Shown piece by piece: positions 30,930 to 39,351 of a DNA stretch of 64,000 nt; positions within the stretch are counted from its first letter, which is position 1; every line of letters begins with the position of its first letter. The stretch is taken from positions 230,156-294,155 of the forward strand of contig JAVVVD010000001.1 in the NCBI GenBank assembly GCA_036652795.1. Direction: 5' to 3'. Made by a program: the position numbers and the translations under genes. Below the pieces are notes generated by a model. The model did no database searches. It had not been told where the DNA came from and saw nothing but the letters and a program-made list of their open reading frames with translations. This DNA is from Clostridia bacterium (lineage in GTDB: Bacteria > Bacillota > Clostridia > Christensenellales > CAG-138).

Positions 30930-31978
30930 TGCAGGATATCTGTTCGATGAATATATCGGAACTGACCGTTCTTATGAAAGAACTAAATGAGCCTGCATAT
31001 AGGGCAAAGCAGGTTTTTTCATGGCTCTCACGTGGGGCGTCGGTTGACGATATGACAAATCTCTCGAAATCGCTGCGTGAGAAGCTAAAGGAATATCCAT
31101 GCTTACGCGTGGCAATTGACCAAAAACGTATATCTGCAAAGGATGGAACGATAAAGTATCTATTCAGGTTGCACGACGACAATCTGGTGGAAGGCGTGCT
31201 TATGAGTTATAATTATGGTAACACGCTTTGCATATCAACCCAAGTGGGTTGCAAAATGGGCTGCGAGTTCTGTGCGTCAACGCTTGATGGATGCGTGCGC
31301 AACCTTACTGCCGGCGAGATGATGGGCTTTATATGCTGTGTGGAGGCGGATGTGCCGCATACACCGGAAAAACTGCGCTCTGTTACAAATATAGTACTTA
31401 TGGGCAGCGGTGAACCGTTGGATAATTATGATAATGTAGTGAGGTTTTTACAACTTGTATCCTCGCCTGACGGCATGAACATAAGCGTACGCAACATTTC
31501 GTTATCCACATGCGGATTGGTACCGGAACTGCTGAGATTTACGGATGAAGCTCCTCATGTTACGCTTTCAGTATCGCTGCATGCGCCAAATGATGAAATA
31601 CGCGGCAAACTGATGCCGATAAATATGCGCTATGGAATAGATGAGGTGCTTTCGGCGGCAAAGCGATACGCAGATCTTACAGGGCGCCGTGTCGTATTTG
31701 AATACGCACTGATAAAGGAGCTTAATTCGCACTATGAGCATGCGCTGGAGCTTGCGAAACGGTTACGCGGAATAAACTGCCATGTAAACCTTATCCCGCT
31801 TAACGATGTAAAGGAGCGCGAACTTCATGGGGTTGCGCGCGCAGAAGCTGAGCAGTTTATGAAATGGCTGGATAAGCTAAATATATCGGCAACTGTCAGG
31901 CGAGAAATGGGTTCGGATATTGACGGGGCGTGCGGTCAGCTGCGCCGCCGCATATTAAAAGAGACACAGGCTGAATAA
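30929..31978 (+). CDS. rlmN: 23S rRNA m2A2503 methyltransferase RlmN
   Basis: STQVGCKMGCEFCAS, MGSGEPL, DIDGACGQL. Confidence 0.95.
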   Translation: MQDICSMNISELTVLMKELNEPAYRAKQVFSWLSRGASVDDMTNLSKSLREKLKEYPCLRVAIDQKRISAKDGTIKYLFRLHDDNLVEGVLMSYNYGNTLCISTQVGCKMGCEFCASTLDGCVRNLTAGEMMGFICCVEADVPHTPEKLRSVTNIVLMGSGEPLDNYDNVVRFLQLVSSPDGMNISVRNISLSTCGLVPELLRFTDEAPHVTLSVSLHAPNDEIRGKLMPINMRYGIDEVLSAAKRYADLTGRRVVFEYALIKELNSHYEHALELAKRLRGINCHVNLIPLNDVKERELHGVARAEAEQFMKWLDKLNISATVRREMGSDIDGACGQLRRRILKETQAE

Positions 31979-31991
31979 TATACCAAAGGAG

Positions 31992-32717
31992 TTGCAGATG
32001 ATCTATGCAAGCAGATCTGAGCAGGGGCTTCGAAACCGTAATGAGGATAATATAGCCATTCCCGGAGAAGGGGACATACCGCTCGTAATAGTTGCAGATG
32101 GTATGGGCGGGCATAATGCCGGCCAAATGGCAAGCAGGATCGCCGTGCAAACGGCACTCAGCGAAATAAAGCTTAACAGCGAAGGCGATACTGAAGCGGC
32201 ACTTAAAAACGCCGTAATCACCGCCAACAGAGCTGTGCTTGAGTATGCGCACAACAAGCCGGAGTGCAGTGGAATGGGCACAACAATGGTTATGGCATTG
32301 CTGTCTAGCGCACACTTCGTCGCAGCAAATGTTGGTGATAGCAGACTATATCATTTTGATGGAATAAATCTTGTGCAGATCACTATTGATCATTCCTATG
32401 TGCAAGAGCTTGTTGCAGCCGGATATATAACGGCTCAGCAGGCAAAGCATCATCCACAGCGCAATATAATCACAAGGGCACTAGGAACGCATGAGATCGA
32501 AAAGGTGGACTTGTTCCGATGCAAATGGAATGAAGGCGATATACTTATGCTGTGCACAGATGGGCTGTACGAAGCATTGGAGGTTTATGATATAATACGG
32601 GTGCTTAAAGAAGAGACCTCCCTGAGTGATGCTTGTGATGCGCTTGTTCAGGATGCAATATATGGTGGATCTACAGATAATATCAGCATAGTGCTGGTGA
32701 AAAACAGCGGGGGATGA
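31992..32717 (+). CDS. PP2C-family Ser/Thr phosphatase (Stp1/PrpC)
   Basis: NED, VADGMGGH.AG, NVGDSR, LCTDGL, DNISIV. Confidence 0.94.
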   Translation: MQMIYASRSEQGLRNRNEDNIAIPGEGDIPLVIVADGMGGHNAGQMASRIAVQTALSEIKLNSEGDTEAALKNAVITANRAVLEYAHNKPECSGMGTTMVMALLSSAHFVAANVGDSRLYHFDGINLVQITIDHSYVQELVAAGYITAQQAKHHPQRNIITRALGTHEIEKVDLFRCKWNEGDILMLCTDGLYEALEVYDIIRVLKEETSLSDACDALVQDAIYGGSTDNISIVLVKNSGG

Positions 32718-34570
32718 TGCTAATGACGGATAGGTTGATTGCAGATAGATATCAAGTAGAAGGCCTTATTGGTTCCGGCGGAATGGCCAATGTATATAAG
32801 GCTTACGATATTAAAGAAAACCGTACAATTGCGCTCAAGGTGTTAAAGGACGAACATCGTGAGGACGCGGATTTTGTGCGCCGTTTTGAACGCGAGGCTG
32901 CTGCTGTGCTTACGTTGTCACACCCAAACATAGTAAAGTCATTTGATGTTGGTGAGGATGGCGATGTAAATTTTATCGTATTAGAATTTGTAGAGGGAAG
33001 CACTCTTAAAGAAAAAATTACCAACGGCGGCGCTCTTAGCCCCAAGACCGCTGTGAATATTGCCGTACAGGTACTCAATGCACTATCACATGCGCATGAG
33101 CGCGGTATAATACACAGGGATGTAAAACCGCAAAATGTGATAATAATGCCGGATGGCACTGCAAAACTTACGGATTTTGGCATAGCAAGAGATGCAGGTG
33201 CGACCACTCGCACATTTGCAGGAACAAACGTGATAGGCTCTGTGCATTATCTGTCGCCGGAACAGGCGCGAGGTGAGCAGGTAACTGTTGAAAGTGATAT
33301 ATATTCATGCGGAATAATGCTATATGAAATGCTTACGGGGCGCGTACCATTTGGAGGGGATAATTCAGTCGCCATTGCACTAAAACACCTTCAAGAGGAG
33401 ATGGTGCCTCCAATCAAAGTAAATCCGTGGATACCTCACTCACTTTCCGATGTAACAATGAAAGCTACCGCAAAAAATCCTGCTATGCGCTACAGCTCGG
33501 CACAGGCGATGTGTGATGATTTGCAGCGTGCTTTGCATGATCCGCATGGCAGATTTGCAAGACAAAAAGCGGATGCCGAAAATCATGCGCCCACTAAGCG
33601 CGGCAATAAACTGGTTAACATAACCATTTCGTTGATAGTTGCCCTTGGCCTGTTTACAACAATGTTTCTCATTGCAAAGACGTGGAAGGATACCGATAAT
33701 TCCGGTAAACCGGAATATATTGTGCCCACGCTTACGGGTAAAGCAACGGATGAGGCTGGTGAGCTTGCATCGCTGCGCGGATTTGTTATGAATATTACCG
33801 GCAAGGAGATAAACGACGAATATGAGGAGGGTTACGTTATCAATCAAAGTCCTGCCAGTGGCGCAAAGGGCAGTGAGGGTGATATGATAAACGTGATAGT
33901 AAGCAGCGGAAGTGATTATGCAGTTGTGCCTGAAGTAACAGGAATAATGCTCTCTGATGGGATAATGATACTGGATCAAGAAGGGCTTAATTACAGCATA
34001 GTAGAATATATCCCCAGCGATTTACCGGATGGGCAGATAATTAAACAGGAGCCGGCTGCGAACACACAGGTTTTTGAGAACGATTATGTAGATATATGGG
34101 TGAGTGGTATGCCGGATCAGAGTGTGGATGTGCCCGCCGTTTCAGGTCAAAATGTGGATACGGCTGTAAGCACGCTAATGGGCAACGGCTTTAACCATAT
34201 TTGGATACGCACGACAGCACCTGAAAATACCACACAGGAGGAAAATGTTATACGGCAAAGCCCTGCATCTGGCGTATCGACGCCAAAGACAACGATACTG
34301 GAGTTGCTAATAGGGCGCACATATTTGGGCAGCTATTGTGCGGATATCGCATTTAACCTTGACATTGAAGATACTGAAAAAAATGTGGTAGTTACTATGA
34401 AGCTGGAGAGCGGTGCGGAAATCATTATGTATGAAAGCGCCATGGCCGCAGGAAAGCAACAGCCGGTTTCTTTTACGGGCTATTCGCTGCATTTTGGAGA
34501 ATACACATGTATAGCTTACGTTAATGGTGAAGAAGTGCGTAGATCCACGCAAAAATTTACACTACGATGA
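32714..34570 (+). CDS. pknB: PASTA-domain Ser/Thr kinase (PknB/PrkC)
   Basis: GSGGMA, HRDVKPQN, DFGIA, one TM segment, three PASTA repeats. Confidence 0.94.
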   Translation: MMLMTDRLIADRYQVEGLIGSGGMANVYKAYDIKENRTIALKVLKDEHREDADFVRRFEREAAAVLTLSHPNIVKSFDVGEDGDVNFIVLEFVEGSTLKEKITNGGALSPKTAVNIAVQVLNALSHAHERGIIHRDVKPQNVIIMPDGTAKLTDFGIARDAGATTRTFAGTNVIGSVHYLSPEQARGEQVTVESDIYSCGIMLYEMLTGRVPFGGDNSVAIALKHLQEEMVPPIKVNPWIPHSLSDVTMKATAKNPAMRYSSAQAMCDDLQRALHDPHGRFARQKADAENHAPTKRGNKLVNITISLIVALGLFTTMFLIAKTWKDTDNSGKPEYIVPTLTGKATDEAGELASLRGFVMNITGKEINDEYEEGYVINQSPASGAKGSEGDMINVIVSSGSDYAVVPEVTGIMLSDGIMILDQEGLNYSIVEYIPSDLPDGQIIKQEPAANTQVFENDYVDIWVSGMPDQSVDVPAVSGQNVDTAVSTLMGNGFNHIWIRTTAPENTTQEENVIRQSPASGVSTPKTTILELLIGRTYLGSYCADIAFNLDIEDTEKNVVVTMKLESGAEIIMYESAMAAGKQQPVSFTGYSLHFGEYTCIAYVNGEEVRRSTQKFTLR

Positions 34571-34583
34571 CGAGGAAGCTATT

Positions 34584-35459
34584 TTGACGGGACTTATACT
34601 TAAAGGAATAGGAAGCTTCTATACGCTGTTGGGTAAGGATGGTGCTCAGTGGGTATGCAAGGCGTGCGGAAGATTCCGTAAGGATGGAGTAGTGCCGATG
34701 CCAGGAGATACGGCCAAGTTTGATGTTGATGGCGATGGCAAAGGCTATATAACGGATATATTGCAGCGCAAGAATTCACTTGTACGGCCGATGGTAGCGA
34801 ATGTAGATAAGTTGTTAATCGTATTCTCAGCATCAGCGCCAGAGCCGGATTTTATATTGATAGATAAGCTACTGCTGCAATGTGAACTGCTGAACGTAAT
34901 TCCGCTGTTGATTCAAAATAAACAGGATGAACTTGCAATGGATGCAAAAGATGAAATGGAACAATACCAACGTGCCGGGTATATCTGCATACATGCCTCG
35001 GCGGCTACGCATCAGGGCATAGATGAACTTAAAATGCATATCGCTGGAAATGTATGCTGCTTTGCCGGTCAGTCAGCAGTAGGGAAATCATCTTTGCTCA
35101 ATGCTATGCTGCCTGAATTAGGGCTTCCTGTAGGTGGACTTTCAAAAAAAACAGAGCATGGCAAGCATACTACTAGGCATGCAGAACTATGGCCTGCATA
35201 TGGAGGATGGGTGTTGGATACCCCGGGCTTTAGTTTGCTCGATATGACAGAGCTACAGCCACATGAGCTTTCTGCCAGCTATCCTGAAATGCGTGAATTG
35301 CGTTGTGCATGCCGTTTTCCAGAATGTATGCATATATCTGAGCCTGATTGCGCTGTAAAACTGGCGTTGCAAAATGGTGAGATTTCGCAGGATAGGTATG
35401 ATAGGTATTTGTTGTTGGTTAATGAGCTTAAAGAAATGAGGAAACATAAATATGATTAA
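34584..35459 (+). CDS. rsgA: Ribosome small-subunit-dependent GTPase RsgA
   Basis: GQSAVGKSS, GKHTTR, DTPGFS, C-x-F-x-x-C-x-H-x-x-EP-x-C; likely TTG start at 34584. Confidence 0.94.
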   Translation: MTGLILKGIGSFYTLLGKDGAQWVCKACGRFRKDGVVPMPGDTAKFDVDGDGKGYITDILQRKNSLVRPMVANVDKLLIVFSASAPEPDFILIDKLLLQCELLNVIPLLIQNKQDELAMDAKDEMEQYQRAGYICIHASAATHQGIDELKMHIAGNVCCFAGQSAVGKSSLLNAMLPELGLPVGGLSKKTEHGKHTTRHAELWPAYGGWVLDTPGFSLLDMTELQPHELSASYPEMRELRCACRFPECMHISEPDCAVKLALQNGEISQDRYDRYLLLVNELKEMRKHKYD

Positions 35460-36099
35460 AGTTGCACCGTCAATATTGTCTGCAGATTTTTCCAATATGG
35501 AAATAGCCGTTAAAAATGTAACGGACTGGGGCGCTGATTATGTGCATTTTGATGTTATGGATGGCAGCTTTGTGCCTGCCATAACATTTGGAGCCGCAAT
35601 GTGCGCGGCCGTGAAAAAGCATACGATTCTGCCGGTGGATGTGCATCTTATGGTGATGCACCCAGAAAGCTTTATCGATCAATTTGCCAAAGCCGGCGCA
35701 GATATATTGACGATCCATGCGGAGACTGATGTGCATTTACACCGTACATTACAGCGTATTAAAGCAGCCGGAATGAAGGCGGGAGTGGCGATCAACCCTG
35801 CAACGCCCGTATGTATGACTGAAAATGTGCTTATGTGCTGTGATATGGTGCTGATAATGTCAGTTAACCCTGGTGCTGGTGGTCAACGCTTTATACCGAC
35901 GACGTTAGAAAAGCTAAAGCGTATCAGAACTATGGCAGACCAATGTGGAGCACAACTGGATATAGAGGTGGATGGCGGGATCAATATCGAAAATGCGCGC
36001 CTGTGCCGTGAGGCAGGTGCTAATGTGTTGGTTGCCGGAAGCAGCGTATTTACAGCGGCGGATCCAATTCAAACGATAAAGCTGCTGCGCGAGGGCTGA
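35452..36099 (+). CDS. rpe: Ribulose-phosphate 3-epimerase
   Basis: APSILSADF, HFDVMDG, MSVNPG.GGQ, EVDGG. Confidence 0.96.
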   Translation: MIKVAPSILSADFSNMEIAVKNVTDWGADYVHFDVMDGSFVPAITFGAAMCAAVKKHTILPVDVHLMVMHPESFIDQFAKAGADILTIHAETDVHLHRTLQRIKAAGMKAGVAINPATPVCMTENVLMCCDMVLIMSVNPGAGGQRFIPTTLEKLKRIRTMADQCGAQLDIEVDGGINIENARLCREAGANVLVAGSSVFTAADPIQTIKLLREG

Positions 36100-36149
36100 T
36101 AAAAATATTGCGCCTGTATGTAGGGAGGTATGTTCTTTATGGGGGGAAT

Positions 36150-37748
36150 ATGTCACAAGAACAGAAAACGGTAAAAAAAGCATCATTTAAAAGCGAAATA
36201 GCATCATGGAATGGTTGGGCACATTATTTAACATGGTTATATATCATGCTGTATGTACTGATATTTCCAATAATTCTTGATCAAAGCAAATATTTGAAGC
36301 TGACAGGCGGCAAATTCAACTTCTTCTTTTATAGTACCGTAATATATTTGGTGCTGATGGGCTTTAGACGGCTTACGGCGCTGATAACTGGTGAGCAGGG
36401 GCTGGTGTCGCCAAAGTACATTTGGCAAAATTCCTCATTAACGCAAAAGGCGATGGTAGCATATATATTTATTGCAATAATATCTGCGATCCTTTCCGAA
36501 TACTCCAACTTTGTTTGGATGGGGGCCAGCCGGTTTGATGGCTTACTTACCCTTATATTATATTTTTTTGTGTTCATGTGTATTTCAATGTTTGGCAGGA
36601 TAGATCGGTGGCATGTGCTAGGGATGGGTCTTAGCATGCTAATCTTTAGTGTGATAGGACTTTTGCAGTGTTGGAACATAGATATAATGAATCTCTATCC
36701 GTCAGGCAAAAATTTCTACAACTCCAACTTTGTTGCCATGGCAGGTAACATAGATATGGCAAGTGGGATACTTTGCATATGCATTTCGCTTATGAGTGCG
36801 GCATTTGTTGTTATTAAGGATAAATGGCGTTGGTTGCTGTTGCCATCCGTAGTTGCAAGTGTGATGCTGATAAGTTTGATAAATGTGGACAGCGGCATAG
36901 TTGGGCTTGCAATAAGCATGATAATTATGATGCCATTGCTGTTTAGAAGCAGAGAGCGCATATTAAATGGACTTATACTGCTTATAACGATATGCATAAC
37001 GCTGGCCGTTGCAAAGAGTATTGTGTTCAGCCAAACGACCGATACGCTTGGAAAGCTGGTTGTTAACTCAAGCTTTGCATTATCAGGCCTTGCAAAAATG
37101 CTGATTTGCGGCGCAGTGACGCTTATTCTGATTTGGTTAACCCTGTTCCTATTCAAGGAGAAATTTAGGCCAAACCCGAAGTTTATGACAATAGGTTTAG
37201 CAACCGTTCTATTTGTGGCTGTAGCAGTTGGAGGAATATGCGTATATCACTTTGCCGATGACCCTTCCAAAGGTTTTATCTATGAGGTTGGACAGATTAT
37301 GCATGGCAATTTCAATGATGAATTTGGTTCGGGCCGCATAATGGTATGGAAGCGCGCGTTGCTTATGGCTACGCAACATCCAATAATAGGAACTGGACCT
37401 GGATCTTTCTATGCAGCATTTACATTGCAATTTCAAGACGAAATAGAGGCGCTTGGTGCCAATGTAACATTTGACTTTGCCCATAATGATTATATACAGA
37501 TACTTTGCAACATGGGCATACTGGGATTGCTCGCCTATGTTACTGGCTTAATCGGGCAGGGAGTTGCATTTTTCAAAAATGTATTCAGGGATGAGTGGGT
37601 GGCGATACTAGGCGCGCCCGTCCTGTGCTACTGTGTCCATATATTTTTCAGCTTCTCAATTGTTATCGTGGCACCGTTGTTCTTTGTATTGTTTGGACTG
37701 CTCGATAAAAGAAACGGTGATTTGCGCAAGTGTATTGGAAAAAAATAA
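36150..37748 (+). CDS. Polytopic membrane protein, O-antigen ligase (Wzy_C)-like
   Basis: Many hydrophobic segments; SGR..VW..A, HPIIGTGPGSF and AHNDYIQIL..MGILG motifs. Confidence 0.75.
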   Translation: MSQEQKTVKKASFKSEIASWNGWAHYLTWLYIMLYVLIFPIILDQSKYLKLTGGKFNFFFYSTVIYLVLMGFRRLTALITGEQGLVSPKYIWQNSSLTQKAMVAYIFIAIISAILSEYSNFVWMGASRFDGLLTLILYFFVFMCISMFGRIDRWHVLGMGLSMLIFSVIGLLQCWNIDIMNLYPSGKNFYNSNFVAMAGNIDMASGILCICISLMSAAFVVIKDKWRWLLLPSVVASVMLISLINVDSGIVGLAISMIIMMPLLFRSRERILNGLILLITICITLAVAKSIVFSQTTDTLGKLVVNSSFALSGLAKMLICGAVTLILIWLTLFLFKEKFRPNPKFMTIGLATVLFVAVAVGGICVYHFADDPSKGFIYEVGQIMHGNFNDEFGSGRIMVWKRALLMATQHPIIGTGPGSFYAAFTLQFQDEIEALGANVTFDFAHNDYIQILCNMGILGLLAYVTGLIGQGVAFFKNVFRDEWVAILGAPVLCYCVHIFFSFSIVIVAPLFFVLFGLLDKRNGDLRKCIGKK

Positions 37749-37762
37749 TATGATATAATGGC

Positions 37763-37799
37763 AAATAAAAGAGCTAGATAACATCTAGCTCTTTTATTT
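37763..37799. terminator. Bidirectional intrinsic terminator
   Basis: AAATAAAAGAGCTAGAT-AAC-ATCTAGCTCTTTTATTT perfect inverted repeat between convergent units. Confidence 0.85.
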
Positions 37800-37872
37800 G
37801 GCTGCGGAACTAGGATTCGAACCTAGACAATACGAGTCAGAGTCGTAGGTGCTACCATTACACAATTCCGCA
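37799..37872 (-). tRNA. tRNA-Gln(CTG)
   Basis: Anticodon arm TACGA-CT CTG AC-TCGTA, TTCGAAT T-loop, CCA end. Confidence 0.95.
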
Positions 37873-37884
37873 ATAAACAAATCA

Positions 37885-38053
37885 AATCCCGCTTTGCCGT
37901 CTGTCCCGATTATAATACCCGCCTCTTGGCAGGTGGGTGTATTGTGGCGGCTTCTGCTTACCAAACAAAAGAAGGTGGCATCATCCAGCCAACGCATACT
38001 CCCGTAATCACTTTGTGGGTTTATAACCGAAACCTAACGCACATCACAGGATT
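37885..38053 (-). ncRNA. ssrS: 6S RNA (ssrS)
   Basis: About 170 nt; 5' AATCCTGTGATGTGCGTT can pair with 3' GACGGCAAAGCGGGATT; contains the CCCACCTG...GCGGGT hairpin recognised from Firmicute 6S RNAs. Confidence 0.75.
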
Positions 38054-38057
38054 GTGA

Positions 38058-38134
38058 TGGTGGGATTAGTTGGGATCGAACCAACGACCTCTACGATGTC
38101 AACGTAGCGCTCTGACCAGCTGAGCTATAACCCC
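38058..38134 (-). tRNA. tRNA-Val(GAC)
   Basis: Anticodon arm CTACG-TT GAC AT-CGTAG, CCA end. Confidence 0.95.
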
Positions 38135-38154
38135 GTTTTTCGTGCGCAAATACT

Positions 38155-38182
38155 ATTATACATATTATCCCGAAGTTTGCAA
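38155..38182 (-). promoter_or_regulatory. sigma-A promoter of the tRNA-Val/6S/tRNA-Gln unit
   Basis: Minus strand TTGCAA-16 bp-TATAAT, about 20 nt upstream of tRNA-Val. Confidence 0.65.
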
Positions 38183-38244
38183 GTACATTTTTTTTGCAGT
38201 ATGGCTGTGTTATAATAAATTAAAGATGATCGTGAGGTGCGTAT

Positions 38245-38772
38245 ATGTCATATTTTATGGACGGATTTTCAAAGGACAAGTTGACGATATTGTTTTTTTT
38301 GGATACCCTCGGTACGGAACTTACGCGTGAGCAAATAACTACAGCGGCGGCAGAGCGCGAGATTGTACCTTTTTTTGAACTGCAAAGCGCTGTATACGAG
38401 ATGGAAGAAGCGGGCTTCCTAGCAGCCGTCCCGCGTACGTGGGGACAGGTTTATGCTGTTACTGAAAAGGGCCGTGAGACGCTTATGATGTTCCTTGAGC
38501 AACTGCCGATTTCGTTGCGAGAGGATCTTGCAAATTACGCCGATGAATGCCGTGAAAAGCTGCTCCGTGAAACGCAATTTTCATCATGCTATGAAAAAAG
38601 CTCAAACGGCGGATACCTGGCTACGCTCAAGATACTTGAACGCAACGACATTCTGCTGCAAGTGTCCATATTGCTGCCAGACGCGGATAACGTCAGGGCA
38701 ATCTGCCGCAAATGGCCGGATCGGGCAGAAAGTGTGTATAAGAGCATCATAAGCGAACTTCACAACGGCTGA
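38245..38772 (+). CDS. DUF4364 family protein (winged-helix-like)
   Basis: KLTILFFL...LTREQIT...FFELQ...TEKGRETL..F pattern and C-terminal C.KW...AE.VY..II. Confidence 0.7.
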   Translation: MSYFMDGFSKDKLTILFFLDTLGTELTREQITTAAAEREIVPFFELQSAVYEMEEAGFLAAVPRTWGQVYAVTEKGRETLMMFLEQLPISLREDLANYADECREKLLRETQFSSCYEKSSNGGYLATLKILERNDILLQVSILLPDADNVRAICRKWPDRAESVYKSIISELHNG

Positions 38773-38774
38773 TA

Positions 38775-39197
38775 TCACACATAGTTGTACATTTGCCGGA
38801 TGTTGTTTTCTTCGATCAAAAGCAACTTTTCACCAAGTGAAATCACAGCTGTATCGGCACCGGACAACTCCCTAAGTTGCCTTCTCATGTCGATGATACC
38901 CATTGTGCTGCCTTGTATCACCATCTCGGCCATGTGCGAAGAAGTTGCATCCAGCGCAGTGTTGAGATACAGCGATGCAAAAATAGGTGTGCGCGGTATG
39001 TGTGCAACACTGGATGTCTCAAAAATATTGCGTAGATTTTCGGCTTCACAAAGAAGCTTCTGATACTCGGCAAACTGCTCTGCCATTACATTGCGGAAAG
39101 TTGCATCCTTGCTCTTTTTGATTAGCCGGCCAAGTGTTTGCTTGCCTATAGCTGCATTCTCATAAATTGTATGCAGCAATTCCTTGTTTGTTTCCAT
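38775..39197 (-). CDS. Conserved hypothetical helical (ferritin-like) protein
   Basis: Strong AAGGAGG RBS; helical pattern with SHMAEMVIQGSTMG and EENNI. Confidence 0.65.
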   Translation of the reverse strand: METNKELLHTIYENAAIGKQTLGRLIKKSKDATFRNVMAEQFAEYQKLLCEAENLRNIFETSSVAHIPRTPIFASLYLNTALDATSSHMAEMVIQGSTMGIIDMRRQLRELSGADTAVISLGEKLLLIEENNIRQMYNYV

Positions 39198-39351
39198 AGC
39201 TATCGCCTCCTTGGTGTAGTGTGATATGCAAGCTAGAAAATTATACCGAAATACAGCAGAATTATTGCCCCAAAATGAAAGGTGTATTATAATATGCTGT
39301 GGTCAAAATATGAATCTACACATTATATGGTAGTTTCCATTGGAGGAATAT

